A stretch of 64,000 nucleotides of DNA from positions 928,001 through 992,000 of the forward strand of contig CAVSAC010000010.1 of the NCBI GenBank assembly GCA_963725865.1. The letters run 5' to 3'. This stretch comes from Candidatus Eiseniibacteriota bacterium. Lineage in GTDB: Bacteria > Eisenbacteria > RBG-16-71-46. The position numbers and the translations under genes are program-made. The notes under the pieces are model-generated. The model made no database searches, had not been told where the DNA came from, and was given only the letters and a program-made list of their open reading frames with translations. Below are positions 9,481 to 20,014 of the stretch, in pieces (position 1 is the stretch's first letter; each line of letters starts with the position of its first letter).

Positions 9481-10978
9481 CTACTCGAGCAACGCGACCC
9501 GCGCCACTCGCACCGCGGGTCCCTGCGTGAGCCGGATCAGGTAGAGCCCCGGCGCCAGCGCGCGACCCGCGCCCAGCTCCACCGCGTGGCGGCCGGCGCC
9601 CAGGCCGCCCACCTCGCGCGCCGCCACCCGCCGGCCGCTCACGTCCAGCAGCTCCAGCCGCGCGGGCGCTCCGCCCGGCAACGCGAACCACACGCTCAGG
9701 CGTCCGCCCACCGCCGGGTTCGGATGCGGCGGCTCCAGCGCCAGCGCCACCGGTGTCGCACCCGCGACGTCGAGCGGCTCGTCCGTCGACGCGACCGCGT
9801 ACCCGCCCTCGTTGCCGTTCACGTCCACCGCCGAGAGCTTGTACGTGCGCCCCGGCGGGCCCGCGTCCACGTAGCCGGTGTCGCTGCGGGTCGCGATCAG
9901 GTGCCCCGCGTCCGGCACGAACTCGACACTCTCGCCGCGATAGATCCGGTAGTACCAGAAGTCCGGCTCCGCGTTGGCGCCCCAGTGCAGCTGCACCGCG
10001 CCCTCGATGTAGGCCGCCGCGAACGGCGCCGGCTGCGCCGGGGGCAGGTCGTCCTTCGAGTAGCCCGAGTCCGCCGGCGAGTCGTAGTAGACCGCCGGCG
10101 TCGCGGTCGCCGCCCGCACCAAGTAGGTCGCCCGATGGATCCCGGCGCTGTTGGAGTCCGCCAGTGTCGGCACCACGATGCTGTACGACGAATCCGTGTA
10201 CGCCCCCGTCGAGCCCACCGCGTCCCAGCCTGCCAGCTGCGCCACCGCCGGCACGGCGTCGCCGGCGCCGACTGCGGCGCGGGTCAAAGCGATCGCCTCC
10301 GCCGCGCCGTCGCCCGGCGCGGCCGCATCATCCGCGCCGCCGCCACCGCGTCGATGCGCCGGAACACGTCGTAGCGCACGATCGGCGTCGCCGAGCCCGC
10401 CACGTCCAGGTCGCTCGCGCTGAACGTCACCCGCACCTGATGCCCCTGGTCGTGCGCCACGTCGAGGATCGAGACGATCGTCGCGCTTCGCGAGCGCACG
10501 ACCTGCTGGTATGCGGCCGAGGTGCCTGCGACGAACTGATCGTCCCCGCTGTAGGCGGCGGTCACGCCATGCACACCCCCGCTCAGCTGGTTGGTGCTAA
10601 TGCTCAGGGCGGTGCCCTGGGTCATCGACATCGGAGCCCCCAGGGGCGCGCCGTCGACTCTGAACTGGACGGTGCCCGTGGGCGTCCCGGAGCCCGGCGG
10701 AACCGCTGTGACGACCGCGGTGAAGTAGACGGACGTGCCGCTCCAGACCGGGTTCGACGACGAGCGCAGCGTGAACGTGGGCGTGGCCTTGGACACCGTG
10801 AGCGCGACCGTGTCCGAGGTCGAGGGGTGGAAGGCCGCGCTCCCGGTGTACCTCGCGCTCAGCGCGTACACTCCGGGGCGCGCTCCGAGATGGCCACTGT
10901 CGCCACACCCGACACCATCGAGACGGCCGCGGCCTGGAACGAGCCTACGTAGAACTGGACGGTGCCGGTCGCCGTGCT
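9481..10978 (-). pseudogene. 3' portion of a secreted Ig-like protein with a FlgD/T9SS-like C-terminal domain; no own start, frameshifted
   Basis: Begins mid-Ig domain (STATGTVQFYVG), then one full Ig domain, the DVAHDQGHQV block and C-terminal PHPNP..LELLDVSGRRV..PGLYLIRL..RVALLE. Confidence 0.6.
9516..10478. repeat. ~0.96 kb direct repeat, copy 1 (C-terminal block of secreted protein)
   Basis: Near-identical to 10979-11949, with substitutions and indels. Confidence 0.9.
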
Positions 10979-11949
10979 CGGGTCCCTGCGTGAGCCGGAT
11001 CAGATAGAGCCCCGGCGCCAGCGCGCGACCCGCGCCCAGCTCACCGCGTGGCGGCCGGCGCCAGGCCGCTCACCTCGCGCGCGCCACCCGCCGGCCGCTC
11101 ACGTCCAGCAGCTCCAGCCGCGCGGGCGAGCTGTTCGGCAGCGCGAACCACACGCTCAGGCGTCCGCCCACCGCCGGGTTCGGACGCGGAGGCTCCAGCG
11201 CCAGCGCCACCGGTGTTCCACCCGCGACGTCGAGCGGTGCCGCGCTCGTCGCAGCGCGTACCCGCCCTCGTTGCCGTTCACGTCCACCGCCGAGAGCTTG
11301 TACGTGCGCCCCGGCGGGCCCGCGTCCACGTAGCCGGTGTCGCTGCGGGTCGCGATCAGGTGTCCCGCATCCGGCACGAACTCGACGCTCTCACCGCGAT
11401 AGATCCGGTAGTACCAGAAGTCCGGCTCCACGTTGGCGCCCCAGTGCAACTGCGCCGCGCCCTCGATGTAGGCCGCCGCGAACGGCGCCGGCTGCGCCGG
11501 CGGCAGGTCGTCCTTCGAGTAGCCCGAGTCCGCCGGCGAGTCGTAGTAGACCGCCGGCGTCGCGGTCGCCGCCCGCACCAAGTAGGTCGCCCGATGGATC
11601 CCGGCGCTGTTGGAGTCCGCCAGGGTCGGCACCACGATGCTGTACGACGCATCCGTGTACGCCCCCGTCGAGCCCACCGCGTCCCAGCCGCCAGCTGCGC
11701 CACCGCCGGTGAGACGCTCTCGCCGTCGGCGACGTGGTGTCGCGTACGTCGCAGCGAGCGCCTCCGCCGCGCCGTCGCCGCCGGCGCGGCTAGCGATCAT
11801 CGCGCGCCGCCGCCACCGCGTCGATGCGCCGGAACACGTCGTAGCGCACGATCGGCGTCGCCGAGCCCGCCACGTCCAGGTCGCTCGCGCTGAACGTCAC
11901 CCGCACCTGATGCCCCTGGTCGTGCGCCACGTCGCAGGATCGAGACGAT
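10979..11949. repeat. ~0.96 kb direct repeat, copy 2
   Basis: Near-identical to 9516-10478. Confidence 0.9.
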
Positions 11950-14226
11950 GAACGGCCGCAGCTCGCGCACCACGTGCACGTACATTGGCGGAGCGCTGCC
12001 GTTGTAATAGAGATCTCCCCCGTAGTTGGCGCCGATGACATGGGCGCCGCGGGTCAGCGCGGCGGTCGTGATCGACGCAACCCTCGAGGAGAGCGGCCTC
12101 GGCGAGCCGAGCGCCACGCCGTCCACCGTGAACTGCACCACCCCCGAGGGCGGGACCGTCGCAGGGGGCACCGCGCTGACGGTCGCGGTGAACGTCACCG
12201 TGGCGCCGAACCCGGAGGGGTTCGGGGACGACGTGACGGCCGTCGTCGTCGCCGCCTTGAAGACGAGGTGTGTGTCCGGAGCCGAGGTCGAGGGCGCGAA
12301 GTTCACGTCGCCGGAGTAGACCGCGATCAGGATGTGAGTGCCTGGGATCAGGGTCGAGATCGACATCGTGGCCACCCCGCTCGTAAGCCCCGCGGTGCCG
12401 AGCGGGGCCGCGCCGTCGAAGAACGCGACCGACCCGCTGGCGCCGATCGGTGCCACGCTCGCGCGCAGGCTCACGGACTGGCCGAAAGTCGACGGCCGGG
12501 GCGTCGACGTGAGAGCGGTCACGGTTCCGGTGGGCGACAGCACCAGGTGGACGAGGACCGTCGAGGTGCTCGAGATGTAGGATCCCGCTCCCAGGTACTT
12601 CGCGGACAGAGAGTGGCCGCCGAGGCTCAGGCTCGACAGCGCAAACGTGGCGACCCCGAGCGACAGCGTCGAGCTGCCGAGCAGCGTGGCGCCGTCCCGG
12701 AACTCGACCGTGCCGCTCGCCGCCGCCGGGCTCACGGTCGCCCGAAGCTCGACAAGCACCCCCAGCCCCGACGGATTCGGCGTGCTGGCCAGTGTGGTTG
12801 TCGTCGTGATCGTGGCGACCGTGTGGGTCAGCGTGGGAGAGGTGCTCGCCTCGTGCGTGACGTCCCCCAGGTACCGCGCGGTCAGCAGGTGTGGGCCGCC
12901 GGTGAGCGCCGCGGTCTGGAACGTGGCGACGCCCGCGCTCAGCGCGGCGCTGCCGAGCGGGTTGCCGTCGGCGAAGAAGCTCACGGTGCCGACCGCATCG
13001 CTCGGTGTCACGGTGGCTGTGAGCGTGACCGTCTGGCCAGGGCTCGAGGGATTCGGCGCCGAGGTCAGCGCGGTGCTGGAGTTGGTCGCGATGAGCAGCG
13101 TGATCGCCGAGAGGCTCGAGGTCGCGACCGCGAGGTCGGGCGGGCCACCCCCAACGAGCTCGCCGACCGCGACGCCGACCGGACCGTTGCCACAGGCGAT
13201 GTCGCTCCGGGCCCCGAATCCGCCGTTCCCGTCGCCGGGCAGCACCGTGATCGTCCCCGCCGTCGCGTTCGCGACCGCGAGGTCAAGCGTGCCGTTGCCG
13301 TCGACGTCCGCGATCGCGACGGCCGCCGCGCCGGCACCGGCCGCGAGATCAGCATGCGGTGTGAAGCCGCCCGCGCCGTTGCCGAGCAGCACCGAGACCG
13401 TGCCGGCGACCGAGTTCGCGGTCACCAGGTCGAGCGTGCCGTTGCGATCGAGGTCTGCGCCGGCGATCGCGGCCGGCCCCGCGCCGACCTCGAGCTGATC
13501 CCAGTACTCGAATCGTCCGGTGGGCAGGCCGATGAGGATGGTGATCGAATTGGAGGTCCGGTCGGAGACGGCGAGGTCCGCGCGGCCGTCGCCGTCGAGG
13601 TCGCCGAGCACCACGCCGGTCGGAAGCACCGCGGTCGAATAGCTGACCTTCGTGCCGAATCCCCCGCTGCCGTTGCCCGGGAGCACCGAGACCAGGTTGG
13701 TCGCCGAATTCGTGACCACGAGGTCCCGCTTGCCGTCGCCGGTCGCGTCGCCGACCGCGATCGCGGAGGGACCCGCCCCGGCCGCGAAGTCGCTCCGAGT
13801 GGCGAACGTCCCGTCGCCATTGCCGAGCCACACCGACACCCACAGCGGAGTGCACGCCACTTCCAGATCCAGCTTGCCATCGGCGTTCACGTCGGCGATC
13901 GCGAGCGCGGTCGGCGGACCCGCCACTGCGAGGTCGAGCCGCGTGCCGAACGTGCCGTCGCCGAGCCCGAGGAACACGCTGACCAGGTTGGGATTGGTGC
14001 CCGCCGCGACGAGGTCGGTCCGGCCGTCACCATCGAGGTCGGCGAGCGCGATCGCGGACGGATGTCCGCCGATCGCGAGCGGGCGAGGGTCGTAACCAAG
14101 TTGTGCCGCGGCGGTCAGCGGCGCGAGGACGGCGAGCAGGCCCACGAGGGCGGTCCAACGGAGCGCGTGACGCGCGGCGCCGACCGTGACGGGGCGGGTG
14201 GAAGCAGGTCGGGCTGCCGGGAACAT
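10979..14226 (-). CDS. Secreted FG-GAP/VCBS-repeat protein with four bacterial Ig-like domains and a frameshifted, truncated C-terminal block
   Basis: RBS GGAGGAG before ATG 14226; signal-like LAVLAPLTAAAQ; repeated AIADxDGDGxxDL..GNGDGTF; Ig repeats TSxPNPS..VTxTATV..GTVxFxDG..Y.GD. Confidence 0.8.
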
Positions 14227-14307
14227 CGCTCCTCCACTGCGCGAGGGAGGCATCGGGCGAGTGCGGTCCAGGCGGTTCCCGACCGCCGGCTCACCGGACG
14301 CGCATGG

Positions 14308-14337
14308 AGTATAGGCGCGTCGCGGCGCTGCCTCCAA
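14308..14337 (-). promoter_or_regulatory. Predicted sigma70 promoter for the FG-GAP/Ig gene
   Basis: TTGGAG-N18-TATACT. Confidence 0.55.
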
Positions 14338-14371
14338 CGCGTGAGGGTCGCGCGCGGGCGGCCCCGCTCGG

Positions 14372-15473
14372 TCAGCGCGCGCGCTCGAGCAGCCCGCGAT
14401 AGACCGTCTCGGTGTTCTCGGTGACGCGCTCCCACGAGTAGTTCTGCAGGATGTGGCCGCGCGCCTTGCTCTCGTAGTGACGCACCAGCTCGGGCTCGTG
14501 GATGAGCTGCGCGAGCTTCTCCCGCAGGTCGTCCACGTCCTTGGTGCGGAACGAAGGAGCGACCTCCTCGGCGACCTCGCGGTTCTCGGGGATGTCCGAG
14601 ATCAGAACGCAGCGGCCGTACGAGAGCGCCTCGAGCAGCGCGATCGAGAGCCCCTCCATCGTGGAGGGCTGCACCACCACGTACGCGTTGCTCCACAGCT
14701 CCTCGAGGCCCTCGCCGAACACGTAGTCGAGCAGCTTGATGCGCGGGCCCTCGTAGCGGCGCAGCATCGCGACGTAGTCCTGCGAGAACGACATGCCGCC
14801 GACCAGCGCCAGCGTCATGTCGGTGTCGATGCGCTGGAACGCCTCGCACAGGTAGTGCACGCCCTTCTCGGGCACCAGCCGCCCCACGAACAGGATGTAC
14901 TTCCCGGGCACCAGTCCCTGCTGGAGGATCTTCTTCGCGACCCGCGGCTGCGGCAGCGTGGTGCCGTTCGGGATGAAGACCGTCTCGCGATGGTGGTGGT
15001 CGCGGAAGTAGTCGCGCAGCGTCTTGGACACCACGATGGTGCGGTCGGGGAACTTCACCGCCGGCCCCTCGCACTGGCGCAGCACCCATTGCGCCGCGCG
15101 CCCCCACTTCTCGCGCTGCCAGTCGAGCCCGTGCACGGTCACCACCGTCTTCGCTCCCACCAGGCGCGGTAGCCCGGCGAACAGCGAGGGGCCGAGCGCG
15201 TGGAAGTGCACGATTTCGAAGCGGCGCGCCATCGCCTCGAGCGTGCTCCAGGCGACGTGCGTGGCGGTATCGAAGTGCTTGGTGCGCAGGCTCGGGCGCC
15301 GCAGCAGGTGAACGCCCGGCATGCTGGGCGTCGGCCGCGGTGTAGTGCAGGCGGCAGAACACGGACACGTCGTGGCCGCGCGCCGCCAGCCGGCGCGCGA
15401 TCTCCTCGACGTGGCGCTCGATGCCGCCGTAGGTCGCGGGCACGCCCTTCTGGCCGATCATTGCGATCCTCAT
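14372..15473 (-). CDS. Glycosyltransferase family 4 (frameshift near 15322)
   Basis: MRIAMIGQKGVPATYGGIERHVEE in one frame; TVHGLDW, FVGRLVPEKG, EGLSIALLEA in the next. Confidence 0.88.
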
Positions 15474-16666
15474 GCCCGCACTCCCTTCCGGTCCCGGTCC
15501 GGCGCGCGATCCCCGGCGCGTGCCGCGAGCGCGTCGCCCAGCCGCGCCCCGATGGTACCCCACGCGAACTCCGCCACCGCCGCGGGGAGCGACTCGCCGC
15601 GCGCATGCCAGCCCGCGGGACGCGCCCGCAGAGCCTCCGCCGTGCGGTCGCGCTCGGCCAGCGTGAGCCACGGCCGCAGCGTCGGGAAGCCGCGCGCACC
15701 GAACCCGGTGGTGACCACCGCGAGGCCGGCGGCGAGGTAGGTCGGCAGCTTCACGTTGCTGCCGCCGCCGTGGACCACCGGGTTGAGCCCGGCGTCCGCC
15801 GCGTGCAGCACCGGAGCGAGGTCCGCCAGCTCCGGCACCACGGTCAGCCACGGCGCGGGCGCGATCGCCGCGCCGCGGGTGACCGTGCCGGCGATCAGCA
15901 GGCGCACGCCGGCGTCCGCCAGCGCGGGCCCGACCTGGTCCACCAGGAACCCGAGCGCCTCGCGGTTGTGCGGGGCGTCGGAGCCCACGAACAGCCCGAC
16001 GTAGTCGTCGTCGGCGAATCCCAGCCGCCCGCGCGCCGCGCGGCGCTCGGTCGCCGACGGCGGGCGCACCGCGGTCTCGTCGTAGCCGTTCGGCGCCACG
16101 TGCAGCCGTGCGGGGTCGGCGCCGTACAGCGCGCGCATGCGCGCGGCGTCCTCGTCGGAGCACACCACGGTCAGGTCGGCGCGCTCCACCGCGCGCGCCT
16201 CCGCGGCGCGCACCCGCTGGCGCCAGCCGCCGGCCCCCAGCACGTGCGCACCGGTGGTGGTGAAGTGGTCGTACTCCACGTTGTGCGAGGTGTACACCTT
16301 GAGCGGCGCCGCGCTCGCCGCCAGCAGCCCGCTGAGCGGCAGGTCGGCGCACAGCGCGTCGGGCGTGCCCGGCAGCGCCGCGAGCAGGCCGCGCGCGGCG
16401 GCGGTGTGCCAGCCGTACGCCACCGACAGCGGCGCCAGGTGGAGGCGCTCGAGGCGCCACGCCAGGCTCGTGTACCACGCCTTGCGGCGCACCAGCGTGA
16501 CGCCGTCGACCACCTGCTCGCGGGCCCCGGTGGTGCGGTTCGGGACCACGCACAGCAGGCGCACGTCGTGTCCGCGCGCGAGGCCGCGCACCAGGCCGAA
16601 CGTGCGCTGGGTGCCGCCGAAGCGCGGCGGGTGCACGTCGTTGTCGGTCGCGGCGTGGATCACCAT
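15470..16666 (-). CDS. Glycosyltransferase family 4
   Basis: PPRFGGTQR, SHNVEY, APNGYD, GGGSNVKLPTYLAAG. Confidence 0.82.
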   Translation of the reverse strand: MVIHAATDNDVHPPRFGGTQRTFGLVRGLARGHDVRLLCVVPNRTTGAREQVVDGVTLVRRKAWYTSLAWRLERLHLAPLSVAYGWHTAAARGLLAALPGTPDALCADLPLSGLLAASAAPLKVYTSHNVEYDHFTTTGAHVLGAGGWRQRVRAAEARAVERADLTVVCSDEDAARMRALYGADPARLHVAPNGYDETAVRPPSATERRAARGRLGFADDDYVGLFVGSDAPHNREALGFLVDQVGPALADAGVRLLIAGTVTRGAAIAPAPWLTVVPELADLAPVLHAADAGLNPVVHGGGSNVKLPTYLAAGLAVVTTGFGARGFPTLRPWLTLAERDRTAEALRARPAGWHARGESLPAAVAEFAWGTIGARLGDALAARAGDRAPDRDRKGVRA

Positions 16667-17646
16667 CGCGCCCCTCCCGCCGCGGCGGGCGCCGGGAACC
16701 GACGGCGCACGCGGAAGAAGCCCACGAGCAGCCCGGCGCCGAGCAGCGTCCAGCTCAGCAGCGCGTGCAGTCCCAGTCGCGCGCTGCGTTTGCGCACGCT
16801 CATCAGCGCCCACACCGCGAGCGGCAGCAGCGCCCACGCCAGCAGCGGCCGCGCGTCGCGCGCCGCCGCCGCCAGCGCCGCGGCCGGCAGCGCGAGCGCC
16901 CACAGAGCGAGCGTCGCCAGGTACAGCGCCTGGCGGCGGAGCAGGGTGCCGAAGCCCGGGCGCGCGAAATAGACGCGCAGCACCTGACCCTGGCCGAAGC
17001 ACAGGCCGGTGCGCCAGCGGCGGCCGAGCTCGCCGAACGAAGGCCGTGGAGCGCTCCAGTGCCGCGCGGCGAGCGGGGCGATCGCCCGCAGCGCCAGCCC
17101 GGCGCGCGCGAAGCGCAGCCCGAGCTCGAAGTCCTCTTCGGAGTTCAGCCGCGCATCGTAGCCGCCGACCGCCAGCAGCGCGTCGCGGCGATAGAACGAG
17201 AGCGTGGCCGTGTACGCGGACGCGTGGTCGTCGTCGCCCACGCGGTACAGATCGCGCAGGCCCCGCCGCTCGCCGTCGCCGTCCACGAACCACTCCTCGA
17301 TCCGTCCCCACAGCCCACCGAGCGCCGGCTCGCCGGCGATCACCTCGAGCGCGCGCGCGAGCCACGGCGCCTCGACCTCCACGTCGGCGTCGGCGAACAG
17401 CACCCAGTCCGCGACGCACGCCGAGACGCCGAGCATGCGGGCGGCGCCCGGCGTCAGCGGCTCGCCGACCGGCGGCGCCAGCACCTGCCAGCGCGGCGAC
17501 AGCGCGGGCAGCGGGGCGTGATCCGGAGCCGCCAGCACCAGCACGCCGCTCCACTCGCGGCCGGCCATCGCACGCTCGATGGCGTCCATCGTGCGGGGCA
17601 GGAAGCGCTCCTGCCGGTAGCACGGGATCACCACGCCAAGTCTCAC
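16660..17646 (-). CDS. Glycosyltransferase family 2 with C-terminal TM helices
   Basis: GVVIPCYRQ, LFADAD, GGYDARLNSEEDFELGLR. Confidence 0.85.
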   Translation of the reverse strand: MRLGVVIPCYRQERFLPRTMDAIERAMAGREWSGVLVLAAPDHAPLPALSPRWQVLAPPVGEPLTPGAARMLGVSACVADWVLFADADVEVEAPWLARALEVIAGEPALGGLWGRIEEWFVDGDGERRGLRDLYRVGDDDHASAYTATLSFYRRDALLAVGGYDARLNSEEDFELGLRFARAGLALRAIAPLAARHWSAPRPSFGELGRRWRTGLCFGQGQVLRVYFARPGFGTLLRRQALYLATLALWALALPAAALAAAARDARPLLAWALLPLAVWALMSVRKRSARLGLHALLSWTLLGAGLLVGFFRVRRRFPAPAAAGGARW

Positions 17647-18803
17647 GCCTGGCTCCGTTCGGCCCCGGCGCCCGCGAACGTGGCGAGCCCCAGCACCTCG
17701 TCGTACACCGCCTCGAACCGCTCGACCACCCGCGTCCAGGTGAAGTGCTCGCGCACGTGCCGCGCCCCCTCGCGTCCCAGCCGGGTCGCGGCGTCGGGGC
17801 GGCGATGGAACGTCTCGAGCGCGTCGGCGAGCGCGCGCGCGTCGCCCGCCGGCACCAGCCGGCCGTGCACGCCGTCCTCGATCACTTCGGGCACGCCCCC
17901 CACGGCGCTCGCGATCGTGGGCCGCGCGCGCGCCAGCGCCTCGAGCAGCGTGAGCGGCAGGCCCTCCCAGCGCGACGGCAGCACCACCGCGTCGGCCGCC
18001 GTCAGCAGCGGACCGATGTCGTCGACCTGGCCGAGGAACCGCACGCGCGGCGCGAGCCCGAGCGACTGCGCCTGGGCTTCGAGCGCGGTGCGGCGGCTGC
18101 CCTCGCCGGCGAACGCGACCGTGAACTCGAGGCCGCGCCGTTGCAGGTCGGCGAGTGCCTCGAGCAGCACGTCGTGGCCCTTCTGCTCCTCGAGCCGCGC
18201 CGCGCACACCCACAGCGGGCGCAACGGCCCGGCGCCGAGCTGCTCGCGGAGCGCGCGCGCCGGGATCCACTCCGCTTCCTCGTCGGGCAGATCGGCGCCG
18301 TTCGGGACCACGCGGATCCGCCCGCGCGCGAGGCCGTAGTCGCGCACCAGCGTCTCGGCCACCGCGCCGCACACGGCAGTCACCGCGCCGGCGCGCTCCA
18401 GCTCGCGGCGCTTGAGCGCCACCTGGCTCGCGGAGTGCGAGGTGCCGGTGATGTGTTCCGTGACGACCAGGTGCGGCACCCCCGCCAGGTCGGCGAGCGA
18501 GGCGAGGTAGCGGTCGGCCGCGGGCCAGACGTGATGCACGTGCAGCAACCGCGGCCCGCCGCGTCGCAGCCGCAGCCAGGTCGCGAACATCCCCTTCCAG
18601 TCCCAGCGCGAGTCCACTTCGGCCACGCGGTCGACCGGGACGTCGCGCGCCTCCAGCGCGCGCGCCAGCTCGTCGACGCCGGGCGCGGTCGCGAGCCACA
18701 CGCGCACGTCGAAGCGGGCGCGCGGCAGGCGCGTGGCGAGCTCCCAGACGACGCGCTCGGTGCCGCCCACCGTGGTGCCGCTCTCGGCGAGCACCAGGCT
18801 CAC
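17643..18803 (-). CDS. Glycosyltransferase family 4
   Basis: GGTER, VPNGAD, ARLEEQKGH, PSRWEGLPLTLLEA; GTG start overlaps the upstream stop. Confidence 0.88.
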   Translation of the reverse strand: MSLVLAESGTTVGGTERVVWELATRLPRARFDVRVWLATAPGVDELARALEARDVPVDRVAEVDSRWDWKGMFATWLRLRRGGPRLLHVHHVWPAADRYLASLADLAGVPHLVVTEHITGTSHSASQVALKRRELERAGAVTAVCGAVAETLVRDYGLARGRIRVVPNGADLPDEEAEWIPARALREQLGAGPLRPLWVCAARLEEQKGHDVLLEALADLQRRGLEFTVAFAGEGSRRTALEAQAQSLGLAPRVRFLGQVDDIGPLLTAADAVVLPSRWEGLPLTLLEALARARPTIASAVGGVPEVIEDGVHGRLVPAGDARALADALETFHRRPDAATRLGREGARHVREHFTWTRVVERFEAVYDEVLGLATFAGAGAERSQA

Positions 18804-20014
18804 CCGGTCTTCGGAGGTCCGCATAGCCGGTCGTACGCCTGGAGCAGCTCGCCGCGGCTGAACTCCCACGCCATCTTCTCGAGGAAGCGCGCCCGGTTGT
18901 AGGCGCCCATGCGGGCGCGGCGGTCGGGATCGTCGAGCAGCTCGAGCGTGCGCTCGGCGAGCTCGTCCTCGCGGTTGGGGCTCGCGTAGAGCGCACCTTC
19001 GCCCGCCGAGAAGCGGTGCTCGCGCAGGTCGTAGCAGACGATCGGCCGCGCGCACGCCATGTACTCGAGGATCTTGTTCATGGTCGAGACGTCATTGAGC
19101 GGATTGAGCGGGTCCGGCGACACACACACGTCGGCGGTGACGAGCACGCGTTCGACGTCCTCGTCGGAGATGCGGCCCGTGAACTCGACGTAGGACTCGA
19201 GGCCGAGCTCGCGCGCGAGCCGTCGCAGCTCCTCGAACGAGTCGCCGGCGCCCACCAGGGTGAAGGACACGTCCGTGCGTCCGCGCGTGTGCACGATGTG
19301 TTGGGCCGCCCGCAACAGGTGGTCGACGCCGTCCTGCGGGGCCATCACGCCCAGGTAGGCCACCAGGAAGCGCCGCCCGCGCTTGAGCTCCGGATCGGGA
19401 TGGCGCTCGGTCGCGAAGCGTTCGCGGCTGGGCCCGCTGCGCACGACCACGACGCGCTCGGGCGGCACGTGCCCCCGCGTCAGCGCGACCTGCCGGTAGG
19501 ACTCGTTGGTGGAGATGACCAGGTCGGCGGTCGCGAACTGCGCCCGCTCCAGCAGCCGCAGCGCGCGGTGGAGGCCGTCCCCCTCCCGCCCGGGGCCGAA
19601 GCGCGCCACGTAGAGTTCCGGGCAGAGGTCGTGGTGGTCGAACACGAAGCGCGTGCCGAACGGCTTGAACAGCGCCGCAATCGCCCAGAACGTGTCGGGC
19701 GGATTCGCGGCGTGGATGACGTCGAATCCGCGCCGCGCGCGCACCACGAACGTCAGGCGCAGCGTCTGCAGCCAGCAGTAGAGGAACTCCCAGGCGTAGG
19801 ACAGGAAGCCGTGCGTGGGCGGCGGCGGCGGATAGCGCCAGATGTGGATGCCGTCGATGACCTCGTGGGACCGGGTCCACTCCTCGCCCATCGGGCAGAT
19901 CGCGGACACCTCGAAGCCGCCCGCGCGCAGCGCGTTCAACTCCATCCACACGCGGCGGTCGAACGGCAGCGGCAGGTTCTCGGAGAGGTGAAGGACCCTA
20001 CCACGCGAGGCCAT
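18800..20014 (-). CDS. Glycosyltransferase family 4 (WbuB-like)
   Basis: ENLPLPFDRRVW, HAANPPD, FDHHDLCPE, STMNKILEYMA. Confidence 0.9.
   Translation of the reverse strand: MASRGRVLHLSENLPLPFDRRVWMELNALRAGGFEVSAICPMGEEWTRSHEVIDGIHIWRYPPPPPTHGFLSYAWEFLYCWLQTLRLTFVVRARRGFDVIHAANPPDTFWAIAALFKPFGTRFVFDHHDLCPELYVARFGPGREGDGLHRALRLLERAQFATADLVISTNESYRQVALTRGHVPPERVVVVRSGPSRERFATERHPDPELKRGRRFLVAYLGVMAPQDGVDHLLRAAQHIVHTRGRTDVSFTLVGAGDSFEELRRLARELGLESYVEFTGRISDEDVERVLVTADVCVSPDPLNPLNDVSTMNKILEYMACARPIVCYDLREHRFSAGEGALYASPNREDELAERTLELLDDPDRRARMGAYNRARFLEKMAWEFSRGELLQAYDRLCGPPKTG

Noticed and set aside
9516..11949. Diversity-generating retroelement TR/VR pair
   Set aside because: The repeat is far too long, differences are not adenine-specific, and no reverse transcriptase is present
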